DNA of 64,000 nucleotides from Chloroflexota bacterium. Lineage in GTDB: Bacteria > Chloroflexota > Dehalococcoidia > SZUA-161 > SpSt-899. The translations under genes and the position numbers were made by a program. Of the stretch, positions 38,266 to 48,187 are shown in pieces (positions within the stretch are counted from its first letter, which is position 1; every line of letters begins with the position of its first letter). The DNA lies in contig JABMQN010000014.1 in assembly GCA_013203045.1 (NCBI GenBank), positions 28,373 through 92,372 on the forward strand, read 5' to 3'. The notes below the pieces were generated by a model, which was not told where the DNA came from, did not search any database, and worked only from the letters and a program-made list of their open reading frames with translations.

Positions 38266-39734
38266 ACCTGATTCTCCTGAAGACCCCAGTTACCAGCAAG
38301 TATAGCCAGGTCGCCGAGATCTACTTCATTGTTTGAATTGAGATCGGCATCGGCACGAAAATCGGTCGCTCCGGTAGTTGTTCCATATGCAGATGCTAAA
38401 ATAGCAAGATCCGCCAATCCCACACTCTCATCGCCATTCAAGTCGCCTGGCAGACTGTTGCCCACAACTTTGATGGATACAGTTGGCGGATCAAAATCGA
38501 GATTCTTGAAATTCTCGTCAGTCAGGATAATTGCATTAGGTATGGCATATCTGCCCGCTTTGGCACCACCTTTAATGCGGAGTCCAATCACAGCAAATGT
38601 CCCTGTACTGGCAGGAACAGGCGTTTCACCTTTACGAGCAATTGCATATTCGAGATTCTCACTACTACCGGTATCGGATTTATTTTTCTTGCCCTCGATA
38701 GGGTCCGATCCTAGGAGTGTTCCAGGCTTCACTTTATCCAGAAGCACCTCAATGACATCAGAATCAAGTGAAAGGAGATCAATCTCACCTCCGCTTATGC
38801 CATGACCATTGGGATCGACAGTTACAGTCAGCGTAAACTCGTCTCCCGGCTCCAGCTCCTGTGCAGAAAGGCTAACCGTCACTCCAGGAGGGCCGGTGGT
38901 TATTGCGTTCAAAGGGGCCTGCCTATTTCCACCTCTCACCCAGACCGCGGTCTCTTTGGCCGCCTGCCCCGCTACTTTGAAAGACATTACCTTTCCGGTG
39001 TAATCTCCCGGAATATTAAGCGCGTAGGTGCCGGAACCGCTACTGGTGTTCTGCACTTTTAATCCGTCGATCCATGCCGAGACATCAGTGCCGGTAGGCA
39101 CAGAACTACCATTAAGCGTCACGGTACCGTAGAAACCACAGATAAGGGGCCCCAGACTCACTACCAGATTTGTTTCAATTGCCTCACCCCTCTGCCACTC
39201 AATGATCTGGGTAGCGAAATGGGCATCGACTTTGAATGCCACCGCCTTCCCGGTATAGTTTCCCGGTACTACCAGGCTATACATAGAATCGACAGTGGTG
39301 GTAGTCTGTACTTTGGCTGAATCTATCCATGCGGAAATTTCTGTGCCATCGTCCACATATTGTCCATCTACAGTTACCTGGCCATAGAATTCGCACTGGA
39401 AGGGCCATGAATTTATGCTCAGATTGACTGTAATAGTCTCTCCTCTGGTCCAGGTGCCTGTCTGTTCTGCTTCATACTTACCTACCTTGAAAGCCACTGT
39501 TTTTTCCGAATAATCCCCGTGTATAAATAGAGAATATTCTGAGTTCTCCGTCTCGGTATCGGCCACTTTTTCCCCATTAATCCATGCCGAAATTACAGTA
39601 CCATTCGGTAAGCTGTTTCCCCCGGCAACAACCGTCCCCTGAAAACCACCGGTCATTGGTTGTGCCGAGATGACACCAGTAAACAGCAACATCGCTAATA
39701 CCACTATTAAAAGGACATGTATCAATTTAGACAT
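38262..39734 (-). CDS. Secreted protein: signal peptide, three CarboxypepD_reg-like repeats, a cohesin-like domain, and a C-terminal type I dockerin
   Basis: A likely start is the ATG at 39734 (MSKLIHVLLIVVLAMLLFTGVISAQP signal peptide, GAGGA ribosome-binding site). It has three repeats of about 80 aa (G.V..G...V..GT.ISAWI...KV......Y.L..PG.YTGK...FKV). The cohesin-like domain carries ...LEYAIARKG.... The C-terminus has two calcium-binding dockerin segments, DLNGDESVGLADLAILASAYG and DLNSNNEVDLGDLAILAGNWG. Confidence 0.6.
   Translation of the reverse strand: MSKLIHVLLIVVLAMLLFTGVISAQPMTGGFQGTVVAGGNSLPNGTVISAWINGEKVADTETENSEYSLFIHGDYSEKTVAFKVGKYEAEQTGTWTRGETITVNLSINSWPFQCEFYGQVTVDGQYVDDGTEISAWIDSAKVQTTTTVDSMYSLVVPGNYTGKAVAFKVDAHFATQIIEWQRGEAIETNLVVSLGPLICGFYGTVTLNGSSVPTGTDVSAWIDGLKVQNTSSGSGTYALNIPGDYTGKVMSFKVAGQAAKETAVWVRGGNRQAPLNAITTGPPGVTVSLSAQELEPGDEFTLTVTVDPNGHGISGGEIDLLSLDSDVIEVLLDKVKPGTLLGSDPIEGKKNKSDTGSSENLEYAIARKGETPVPASTGTFAVIGLRIKGGAKAGRYAIPNAIILTDENFKNLDFDPPTVSIKVVGNSLPGDLNGDESVGLADLAILASAYGTTTGATDFRADADLNSNNEVDLGDLAILAGNWGLQENQV
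38830..39600. repeat. Three tandem in-frame repeats of about 240 nt inside the 38262-39734 gene
   Basis: The DNA encoding the three CarboxypepD_reg-like modules is repeated, for example the recurring GCATGGAT...GGAAAGG / GTAGTACCGGGAAACTATACCGG-like segments. Boundaries are approximate. Confidence 0.5.
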
Positions 39735-39867
39735 AGCGATCCTCACATCGGGATAAACGAAAATACCCCAAACTGATGGTAGCATGCATACTTATGTGAG
39801 GAAAACGTGGACTACACCAATTTTATGGTGGGGGTGAACGACCAGCTTGAAGGTAATATAGGGTAAC

Positions 39868-42800
39868 TTACTTCTGAATTCTTGGGAGAATATCCCGAAT
39901 ATAGTCGTCTGAAGCTAGGTCCAAATGTGGAACTGATTTAGTGGAAATCTTGGATAACTCTGTGAAAAATTCGTCTTCTATTGACTGTTTTGCCTCCACA
40001 TCTTTCCCTTCGACCCTGCAAATGATCATCGGTTGAGTATTTGACTTACGCACCAGAGCCTGGCCTAACCATTGGCTATCATTATCAAACCATTTAATTA
40101 GACCGCCATCGGTTGTATATATCGTATATCCCATTTCCCGAAAGCGCTGAACTGCCACATCCACCACTTCTTGTTTCTCATCCAAAACATTGACCTTCAG
40201 ACGAATGTTCAATTCCGGCGTGGCCGGGTATCGTGGTACCGCTTCATCAATATCGATGAAACTCTTACCTTCTCTCAATCCATTGGCAACAACAGTGAGT
40301 AGTTTTATCGCTGCTAGTGCGGCATCATCAAATATCCAATTCTCTTCGTGCCCCGACATCTGATGTCCGGAAAGCTCGGCGGCAAGGGCAATCGGTTCTT
40401 TGTTATCACTCAAGTCAATTCTCTTACCGAAGAGTTCAATTTCATTCGATCCTTCCTGTAACGCTTGTACCAGCGCCTTTGTACCATCTTTAATAAAGGC
40501 AAATCCGGTGGGGCTGGTTATGTACTCCCCGCCATTGGAAGTGATACACTCTTCGGCAATACGGGAGAACTTCACTTCGCCCATGAATCGCGGCTTTCCA
40601 GGCTTCCCCATCTTTTTATGCTCATCAATTATGCATTGAGCCTGTATGGCCAATGTTCGATCACCTTCTACGACTCGCCCGTCTTTCCTGACATAAATAA
40701 CCCGATCTGCATCTTCATCATTGCCAATCCCAATTACTTCTTTGGAACTATCAGCAGCTTCCTTGATTACTGCTTCCTCAAGCTGTTTCCGATACTTGGC
40801 CTTGATCGGGTCCGGGATATGAGCAGGGAAATATCCATCCGGAGTTTCGTTGATTGCCACAACCTCAGCTCCGAGATCAGTAAAAATCCCCTTGGTTCTC
40901 CATCCCGAACCGTTACCAAAATCTATAACGACTTTCAAACCTTCCAAAGGATGCTGTATCGCGGTTTCTGGTTGCTCCAGATTCGAAGGTAGGTCCAGAG
41001 CTTTTAATATTTCGCCCCACTTATCTTTGTTCAACTGTGCAGGAAATTTAATGCCTGAAGTGATGTCAAGAAGTTCCTTCAGCCCCCGGTTTTCCCATCT
41101 CTCCCGCAATTGTATCCATATCTCCCTTCCCAGACGGCAATTGGCCTTGACCAGTTCATTGTGATATCGAACCACCTCGCCTTCTTCAAGCTTGATACAT
41201 TTCCCTTCACCTTCCAGGAAATCGCCCTCAAGCACAGATTTCTTAATTTCGAGCATCTGTTCAGCGTTTATACTGATGATAAAACCGTCCTCAGTACGAA
41301 TCACCTGTTTGAGGCCGTTGTACTCTGCCTCATTATGACTGGCAGTCATGTTTATTCCACCATCGGCTTTCAAATAGGGAATAGAGAAATAGAGCTCAGG
41401 CGTCGATGTAATGCCGACGTCATACACATTGACCCCAGTCGAGAGAATTCCCGTGGTTACCCATTCACGGACTCTCTTTGTTGAAAGCCTGATGCCTCCT
41501 CCAATAGTAACCCAAAGCTTTCCCGAGTCTGCGTTATTAATCCTTCGGAGAAAAGTTCCATATCCTTTTCCCAGGTAGTAACAAACCCTATCAGACAGAT
41601 ACTCATCGGCAACAGCACGCACGTCATACGTCTGAAAGATCACCGGGTCAATTTGCTGGGGTTGGAGAACAAAGGATTTCAGGAGTATTGAATCTTTACT
41701 CGCCGTTATCTTATACTCTCCCATCATAGCTGGAACCAGCACCGATTCACCACGGGAAATTTTATCCTTTAAACCTCTCCGCGATAGCTCCATCTCCCCT
41801 TTCAGACATGTGAGCACCTGGAATGCACCATTCGTATTTGCGGGGATTTTGTCTCCATTTGCCAACTTGATACGATCAAGAGAGAAATAGAAGCTGTCTA
41901 TCAGGCGTTCTTCCTTTTCATTGAGGCTCTTGGGAATCAACCGATAGTCTGACTTTTCAGTCTTTTGGAAATTTAGCGATTCTATCGCCTGAGGTATATG
42001 GAGTTGCCTTTTAGGAACTCGATTCCAATCCCAAACGCGGTAGGTAATTCCAGAGGATTGCTGAATTTCGGCCAAAAACACACCTTTACCGACGGCGTGG
42101 ACTGCTCCTGCAGGATTGAACAGTACATCTCCAACTTGAGCCGGTATTCCGTTCAGATATTTCTCAGCGATATTGATGTCAGGAGAAGACAGATCTTTTT
42201 CGAACTCAGACACATTGACGTCGTTCTTAAATCCTAAATAAAGGACGGCTCCAGGCTCTGCATCGAGTATCAACCATGCCTCGGTTTTCCCGGAGTCGAC
42301 CTCACCTAATTCCGATGCTTTTTCGTCAGATGGGTGAACCTGAACTGAGAGGTCCTCTCGCGCATCGAGGAATTTTACAAGTATTGGGAGCAATCCTTTG
42401 AAATCTCTTGCGATACCCCGTCCGAGGATATCCTCCCCAAGGTGATTCACCAAATCATTTAAGGGAATCTTGGAACCATTAGGAAACGTGACAATGGAGG
42501 GATGTTGGTGATGAGTGGAGCATTCCCATGACTCTCCGATTGTCTTGCCGGAGGGGGGCAATCCCTTGAGCTTTTCTATATGGTCTCCTCCCCATACTGT
42601 TTGTACCAGATTGTCAATGGCAGGTTTGATGAAGCTGCGTTTTATACCCTTGAGAATTTCAGGTAGTTTACTCCGGTTTTCGTAATAAACCATCCACTTA
42701 TTTTTCTCAGACGAAAAAACAGATTCTGGTTTGCTTCCCACAATTCTTCCCAAAGCTTCGAAGGAATACGGATTCCCCAGAATTGTGATTTCCCAATCAT

Positions 42801-44205
42801 CTTTGCCGTCACGATTGAGACCTGTCCTCATCCGCGTCCGGCCATTTGAGGGCAGGAAAATATCAGCAACTACTTCACTAGGGCTCGGCTTCAAAGTGTT
42901 TAGATCAACGCAGTTATAGATGAGGCTTTCTTCAGCGTTTACTTCTGAGAGAGAACTCCCAACAATCACAGAGTCAACCACGTCTAACTTATCGGCATTT
43001 ACAGCCATTAACACGCTGTTCTTCACTTTCCCTTTGGCATCGGTATTTACAACTATAGAATTTTCAACGGTGAGATCATTTTCTTTGGAGTTTCTTATCC
43101 AGTGTTTCTCAAGATCATAGAACTTCCTTAGACATTCACCTTCCGATGAATCTTCCAGCAGTTTAAGGAAATTCTGGTGGTAAAGGCGAACCTGTCCATA
43201 ATCCCACCATAGCGTGTTCGTTCCGATATCCTTATCTCCAAACAGTTTTAACCCTAGTTTTTCTCGATCCAGGAATCTTTGTTTGAACGCGTCTATCCGA
43301 TCCCAATGAACCGAATCACCTCCCCTGGCGGTGAAATCGTCAAAACTTGAGGTAAGCGGCATCCAAAGATGAGGATCGGTATCCATCTTACCCTGCTTCT
43401 TTCCCAGGTCAGAGCCAAACTCTTCCAGCATAGCTGCGAGGAATTCCTGTGTAATAGAGAAGCTCCCAAGGCTTTTACCAAGAGACATTTTGCCAGCCTT
43501 ATTTGATTGCACGATACCTTCTGCAATCAGCCTTTTCAGATCCTCCCAGCTTTGCTTTTCTCTCTGCAACGCTTCGCCACTTGAAGTCGGAATTACAAGT
43601 CCATAGCTCTGCCAATCGGTTCTCCAGGTTTCTGCATCAGCAGGAATTTCGGATTTAATATCAAGTATCTCAGCATGATGGGATCGGGAACAATCCGCTA
43701 ATTTTGAAGGGATAAAAACCTGATCACCCCAGAATACACACAGTCTTCCGGGACGAGTATCAGCAAAAATACCCGTTTGGAATATGACAGCCTCAAGAAT
43801 TGTCATGGGGACTTTTTCGCGATTGACGTAGATCAATCGGGGTAGTTTTATGGCAGATTTGTTGTTGGCTTCTGAAGCAGGGATCGGAGCCATGCGAGTA
43901 CCTTTGCCGGCAGTATGGTACATTGCAATGCTACGCCCATCTTTGAGCATCTGCATTAAGTTGAGGTTAGTTTTTGCTTTTTGCCACGCATACAGCGTAC
44001 CTAGCAGTTGGCCTGCTCCACCGGGCCAATCCTCTTCCACAGAGATAACTTGTGTGTTACGGCTAATTACGGATCCACGTGTAGCTTCTAGCCTCCTCTG
44101 CCAGAATCTCGCCTGATCTCCACTGGAAGAAACTATAATCACTACATCAAAACCACGGTTGCCTTCAACTGCAGCATACATGTCTTTGATATTCTGTTTA
44201 TGCAT
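39868..44205 (-). CDS. Tri-domain fusion: N-terminal NDP-sugar pyrophosphorylase-like domain (fucose-1-P guanylyltransferase-like) + type I phosphomannose isomerase + phosphomannomutase/phosphoglucomutase
   Basis: 1445 aa. N-terminal ~540 aa: nucleotidyltransferase-like, with a glycine-rich YHTAGKGTRMAPIP loop. Middle: type I phosphomannose isomerase zinc ligands in LSVQVHPSD, KTEAWLILDA and PAGAVHAVGKG. C-terminal ~520 aa: alpha-D-phosphohexomutase motifs TASHNEAEYNG (catalytic serine), GIGNDEDADR (Mg loop) and SGHQMSGHEE (sugar-binding loop). Confidence 0.75.
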   Translation of the reverse strand: MHKQNIKDMYAAVEGNRGFDVVIIVSSSGDQARFWQRRLEATRGSVISRNTQVISVEEDWPGGAGQLLGTLYAWQKAKTNLNLMQMLKDGRSIAMYHTAGKGTRMAPIPASEANNKSAIKLPRLIYVNREKVPMTILEAVIFQTGIFADTRPGRLCVFWGDQVFIPSKLADCSRSHHAEILDIKSEIPADAETWRTDWQSYGLVIPTSSGEALQREKQSWEDLKRLIAEGIVQSNKAGKMSLGKSLGSFSITQEFLAAMLEEFGSDLGKKQGKMDTDPHLWMPLTSSFDDFTARGGDSVHWDRIDAFKQRFLDREKLGLKLFGDKDIGTNTLWWDYGQVRLYHQNFLKLLEDSSEGECLRKFYDLEKHWIRNSKENDLTVENSIVVNTDAKGKVKNSVLMAVNADKLDVVDSVIVGSSLSEVNAEESLIYNCVDLNTLKPSPSEVVADIFLPSNGRTRMRTGLNRDGKDDWEITILGNPYSFEALGRIVGSKPESVFSSEKNKWMVYYENRSKLPEILKGIKRSFIKPAIDNLVQTVWGGDHIEKLKGLPPSGKTIGESWECSTHHQHPSIVTFPNGSKIPLNDLVNHLGEDILGRGIARDFKGLLPILVKFLDAREDLSVQVHPSDEKASELGEVDSGKTEAWLILDAEPGAVLYLGFKNDVNVSEFEKDLSSPDINIAEKYLNGIPAQVGDVLFNPAGAVHAVGKGVFLAEIQQSSGITYRVWDWNRVPKRQLHIPQAIESLNFQKTEKSDYRLIPKSLNEKEERLIDSFYFSLDRIKLANGDKIPANTNGAFQVLTCLKGEMELSRRGLKDKISRGESVLVPAMMGEYKITASKDSILLKSFVLQPQQIDPVIFQTYDVRAVADEYLSDRVCYYLGKGYGTFLRRINNADSGKLWVTIGGGIRLSTKRVREWVTTGILSTGVNVYDVGITSTPELYFSIPYLKADGGINMTASHNEAEYNGLKQVIRTEDGFIISINAEQMLEIKKSVLEGDFLEGEGKCIKLEEGEVVRYHNELVKANCRLGREIWIQLRERWENRGLKELLDITSGIKFPAQLNKDKWGEILKALDLPSNLEQPETAIQHPLEGLKVVIDFGNGSGWRTKGIFTDLGAEVVAINETPDGYFPAHIPDPIKAKYRKQLEEAVIKEAADSSKEVIGIGNDEDADRVIYVRKDGRVVEGDRTLAIQAQCIIDEHKKMGKPGKPRFMGEVKFSRIAEECITSNGGEYITSPTGFAFIKDGTKALVQALQEGSNEIELFGKRIDLSDNKEPIALAAELSGHQMSGHEENWIFDDAALAAIKLLTVVANGLREGKSFIDIDEAVPRYPATPELNIRLKVNVLDEKQEVVDVAVQRFREMGYTIYTTDGGLIKWFDNDSQWLGQALVRKSNTQPMIICRVEGKDVEAKQSIEDEFFTELSKISTKSVPHLDLASDDYIRDILPRIQK

Positions 44206-44275
44206 AGTTAAACCTCGTATTTTGCGATATTATAGCGCAGTCAGATAAGTAAACGCAATCAGTAAATCGTCCCAG

Positions 44276-44316
44276 AAAAACAAAAAAGAGGGGGCATGTA
44301 CCCCCTCTTTTTTTGA
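44276..44316 (-). terminator. Intrinsic (bidirectional) terminator downstream of the carboxyltransferase gene
   Basis: AAAAAAGAGGGGGCATGTACCCCCTCTTTTTTT has a perfect 9-bp GC-rich stem flanked by an A-tract and a T-tract. It lies immediately 3' of the 44338 stop. Confidence 0.8.
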
Positions 44317-44337
44317 AGTGAAAACAACGGCTATTTT

Positions 44338-45906
44338 CTAGAGATTTATATTTGAGTATTTCCTCCAGGGTCGTGCTTCCTCTTTGTTTTCCAGTATGTC
44401 CAGTGACATGTTGATATACTTCCGGGTTTCAGAAGGCCTGATAATACCATCGACAAAGCCTCGCTCAGCGGCACAGTAAGGATTTTCATACAATTCATTG
44501 TACTCTGCAATCCTGTTGGCTTGTGTTTCCGCCGGGTTGTCAGAGTTCTTGATTTCTTTGGCGAATATCACACTGGCAGCCGTTGCAGCACCAACAATGC
44601 TAATTTGGGATTGTGCCCATGCCCATACGAGGTCCGCACCAATGGATTTATCGAGCATGCCATAGTGTGCACCGGCGTAGGATTTTCTAAGAATAATTGA
44701 AATTAATGGGACGGTAGCATCAGACCATGCATAGAGTGTTTTAGCGCCGTGACGTAAAATACCGCGCCAGTCAGCATCGGAACCTATGATAAAGCAAGGG
44801 CAGTCCTGTAGCGTAATCACGGGTATATTGAAAAGATCGCAAGTTCGGACAAACCGCGCGAGCTTATCTGACGCATCAATATCCAGCATGCCAGCCTTCT
44901 GCATGGGTTGGTTGGCGACTATTCCTGTGGGACGGCCATCGAAGCGGGCAAAGCCTGTAATAAGGTTTGTAGCATTCAATTTCAGCGTTTCAAAGAAATA
45001 TCCATCATCAACGATTCTGCTAATAACTTCCATCATATTGAAAGGCCTGAACTGCTCGGCAGGTACGATCTCATCAAGTTCCGGAATTTCCCTGGTGGGA
45101 TCGTCCTTCGTTTCGATTCGCGGTGGAGGATTGGTGGATTTATTGTTGTTCGAAGGTAAGAGCGCCAGAAGTTCCTTGCATTTGTCCATGCAGTCTTTGT
45201 CATCCTCGGCTACGACATGGGTTTGCCCGGATTTGACGGCATGGGCTCGCCAGCCAGAGAGCTGTTCCAGCGTGATTTCTTCGCCGATCTGGGTCTTAAC
45301 GAAAGCGGGACCGGCGATTCCCATGAACCCGGTATCACGGCATTGAATAAGGAAGTCCTGCATGATAGGATGGTATGCCTGTCCGCCCAGACATGGGCCC
45401 ATGAGCAGCGCGATTTGCGGAATGATTCCCGAAGCTCGTATTTGAGCGTTGAACAGCCAACCGTAAGCCTCCAGTGTATCCATTCCCTCCTGGAGTCTGG
45501 CGCCACCGGAATCGTTCATACCTACGAAGGGCCAACCTTTCTCTTTGGCGAAATCGACGGCTCGGGCAAATTTCCTGCCATGGCCCTCACCATATGTTCC
45601 AGCCATGGTGGTATAGTCCTCAGCGGCTGCTACAACATGTCGGCCATTCACTTTACCAAAACCGGTGATCACACCCTCGGCGGGAATCTCCTTTGAATCC
45701 AGACCAAAAGCAGTTGTGCGATGTTTCACAAACATCCCTATCTCGGTGAAGGTTCCGGGATCGAAGAAATACTCGATCCTTTCACGGGCAGTCATTTTGC
45801 CGTCTTTGTGCTGCTTCTCTATTCCTTTCTCACCACCCATTGCCAGGATTTTTGCTTTCTTGGCTTCATATTCCTGGTATATTTCAGCATGTGTTTTCTG
45901 TGCCAT
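44338..45906 (-). CDS. Acyl-CoA carboxylase carboxyltransferase subunit (propionyl-CoA carboxylase beta / methylmalonyl-CoA decarboxylase alpha family)
   Basis: 522 aa. The N-terminus ...KGKMTARERIEYFFDPGTFTEIGMF...GVITGFGKVNGRHVVAAAEDYTTMAGT... is typical of PccB/MmdA carboxyltransferases. Confidence 0.9.
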   Translation of the reverse strand: MAQKTHAEIYQEYEAKKAKILAMGGEKGIEKQHKDGKMTARERIEYFFDPGTFTEIGMFVKHRTTAFGLDSKEIPAEGVITGFGKVNGRHVVAAAEDYTTMAGTYGEGHGRKFARAVDFAKEKGWPFVGMNDSGGARLQEGMDTLEAYGWLFNAQIRASGIIPQIALLMGPCLGGQAYHPIMQDFLIQCRDTGFMGIAGPAFVKTQIGEEITLEQLSGWRAHAVKSGQTHVVAEDDKDCMDKCKELLALLPSNNNKSTNPPPRIETKDDPTREIPELDEIVPAEQFRPFNMMEVISRIVDDGYFFETLKLNATNLITGFARFDGRPTGIVANQPMQKAGMLDIDASDKLARFVRTCDLFNIPVITLQDCPCFIIGSDADWRGILRHGAKTLYAWSDATVPLISIILRKSYAGAHYGMLDKSIGADLVWAWAQSQISIVGAATAASVIFAKEIKNSDNPAETQANRIAEYNELYENPYCAAERGFVDGIIRPSETRKYINMSLDILENKEEARPWRKYSNINL

Positions 45907-45940
45907 ATGGATTTTGTCTCCTCTTTATTTTATTGGAACG

Positions 45941-47143
45941 CTAATCAGCTTTGTCAGCGTTGATAATCTTTACAAAACGGCGTTTACCCACTTTGATGAT
46001 GCTACCATCTTTAATTTCCGCTATATTTTCAACTATAGTTTTGCCATCTATTTTCACAGCCTTTTGGTCAATGAGACGCTTTGCTTCACCTTTACTTTTA
46101 ACCAGATTTGCATTAAGTAGAATCTCGCTGAGATCCAATGGACTGGAACCAACTTTAATCCGTAGTTCTGGAATCTCATCAGGAAGATCGCGTTTCTGAA
46201 AAACTGTACTGAAATGAGTTTCGGCAACTTGAGTTGCTTCGGAATCATGAAATTCTTTTACAATTTCACCAGCCAATCGTTTTTTGAGGACCATAGGGTT
46301 GATAGATTCGGCTGATAGTAGCTTTCGATATTCACTTAACTCTTCATCTGAAACATCAGTGATCAATTCAAAATAATCCATTATGAGATCATCCGGAAGT
46401 GACATCACCTTTCCATACATATCGTTGGGAGGATCATCGACAGCGATGTAGTTATCCAGACTCTTGGACATCTTCATTTTGCCATCGGTTCCAACCAGAA
46501 GCGGGGTGAAGAAAACTTGTTGTGGGGGTTGCCCCATCATTTGTTGGAGTTCTCGTCCCATGAGACAGTTGAACTTCTGATCTATCCCTCCGAACTCCAC
46601 ATCCGACTCAATCATTACCGAATCATATGCTTGCAGCAATGGATACAAAAGTTCGGTGATGCCAATGGGATGGCCCGCAGCATATCTTTTGGAAAAGTCG
46701 TCTCTGGCCAGCATCTGGGCAACGGTGAACTTACTGGTAAGACTGATAACATCTTCCAGTTTGAAATTGCCGAACCACTCGCTTTGCCAGCGAACTTCAG
46801 TTTTTTCGCGATCAACTACTTTAAAGAACTGCTTCATGTAGGTTTCGGCATTGGCCCTGACTTCTTCTGCGCTAAGCATGGTACGCATCTGAGATTGACC
46901 GCTGGGATCGCCGATCTGGGCTGTCCAGTCACCTACAATGAGCACTACTTGATGACCGAGGTCCTGAAATTGACGGAGCTTGCGGAGGCTAACCACATGG
47001 CCGAGATGAATATCGGGGCGACTGGGGTCAAAGCCTTCCTTCAGGCGCAACGGCTTGCCTGTTTCCAGCATGCGTCTGAGGTCTTGCTCAACAATAACTT
47101 CAGTTACACCGCGTGTGAGTATTTTATCAAGTTCTCTAGTCAT
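45941..47143 (-). CDS. tyrS: Tyrosine--tRNA ligase
   Basis: 400 aa. It has the HIGH-like PDIHLGH, KMSKSLDNYI, and a C-terminal S4 domain. Confidence 0.9.
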   Translation of the reverse strand: MTRELDKILTRGVTEVIVEQDLRRMLETGKPLRLKEGFDPSRPDIHLGHVVSLRKLRQFQDLGHQVVLIVGDWTAQIGDPSGQSQMRTMLSAEEVRANAETYMKQFFKVVDREKTEVRWQSEWFGNFKLEDVISLTSKFTVAQMLARDDFSKRYAAGHPIGITELLYPLLQAYDSVMIESDVEFGGIDQKFNCLMGRELQQMMGQPPQQVFFTPLLVGTDGKMKMSKSLDNYIAVDDPPNDMYGKVMSLPDDLIMDYFELITDVSDEELSEYRKLLSAESINPMVLKKRLAGEIVKEFHDSEATQVAETHFSTVFQKRDLPDEIPELRIKVGSSPLDLSEILLNANLVKSKGEAKRLIDQKAVKIDGKTIVENIAEIKDGSIIKVGKRRFVKIINADKAD

Positions 47144-48087
47144 CAGGTTATACTGCGATAGCTTGGTTCGATGGGCATCTCTCGCGCCAGCTTCACGTCT
47201 GCCGCTATCTGTTCTTTCAACTTTTCGAGTGATTCAAATTTCATTTCGCCGCGTAGTCGCTTGACGAATTTAATGCTGAATTCTTTCTCATAAAGATCGT
47301 CATCAAAATCCAAAACATGAGTTTCTATGGTTCGTTCTCCGGGGCCAAATGTAGGCCTGCGGCCAATATTCGTGACTGCCCGAAAAACCTGGTCTCCAAC
47401 GTAGGCCAGGGTGATGTAGGTGCCATCTGCCGGCAAAGCACGATTTCTAAGTACACTTAGATTAACTGTAGGAAAACCAAGCAATTTGCCACCACGATGG
47501 TCCCCGTGAACCACTGTGCCACTCAGCCGGAATCGCCTTCCCAGCAACTGGGTAACATTTCTGATCCCGCCTTGTGATAATGCCTGTCGAATAGCGGTGC
47601 TGCTCACTATCTGCTCTCCTACCTGGATCGGAGAGACAACATCCACTGTAAATTCAAGTTCTTCCCCAATTGAGCGTATTACCTCGGCTGTTCCATCTCT
47701 ACCGCGACCAAGCGCAAAATCCGGGCCGATAACCATCGCTTTAACCTTGAGATGCTCTTTGAGAAGGGTGAGAAATTCCCTGGCACTAAGCTCGGCAAGT
47801 TCTTGTGTAAACGAGAGTACTATTACATGATCAATGCCAAGTTCTTTGATAAGATCGACCCTCTCTTCGAGGCTCGTGAGATAAGGTAATTCAGTCGGAG
47901 GGTCCAGTAGCGCTTTGGGATGCCAACTAAAGGTGATAACTCCACTGACAAGCCCGGCTTCATCCGCCTTTGCTTTCAGACTGCGAATAAGATGCTGATG
48001 ACCCGGGTGTACGCCATCGAACACACCGATGGTGATCGCCATCTCGTGCTGTGGTTGTACTTCTTTAAGTTCGTCAACAAGACTCAT
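47143..48087 (-). CDS. ribF: Bifunctional riboflavin kinase / FMN adenylyltransferase
   Basis: 314 aa. It has the N-terminal GVFDGVHPGHQHLI nucleotidyltransferase motif and a C-terminal riboflavin kinase domain (GDHRGGKLLGFPTVNL...). Confidence 0.9.
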   Translation of the reverse strand: MSLVDELKEVQPQHEMAITIGVFDGVHPGHQHLIRSLKAKADEAGLVSGVITFSWHPKALLDPPTELPYLTSLEERVDLIKELGIDHVIVLSFTQELAELSAREFLTLLKEHLKVKAMVIGPDFALGRGRDGTAEVIRSIGEELEFTVDVVSPIQVGEQIVSSTAIRQALSQGGIRNVTQLLGRRFRLSGTVVHGDHRGGKLLGFPTVNLSVLRNRALPADGTYITLAYVGDQVFRAVTNIGRRPTFGPGERTIETHVLDFDDDLYEKEFSIKFVKRLRGEMKFESLEKLKEQIAADVKLAREMPIEPSYRSIT

Positions 48088-48187
48088 CGCTGCTTGTCCG
48101 AATACTCAGAAATCGGGACTGCATTCCTAGTGAATTATAGGGGTTTCAGGAGATCGTTTCAAGTGAACGATGGTTTGCAGGGACGTT

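Noticed and set aside
44338-45906. Complete acyl-CoA carboxylase locus
   Set aside because: Only the carboxyltransferase subunit is present. No biotin carboxylase or BCCP gene is adjacent, so no pathway-level claim is made.
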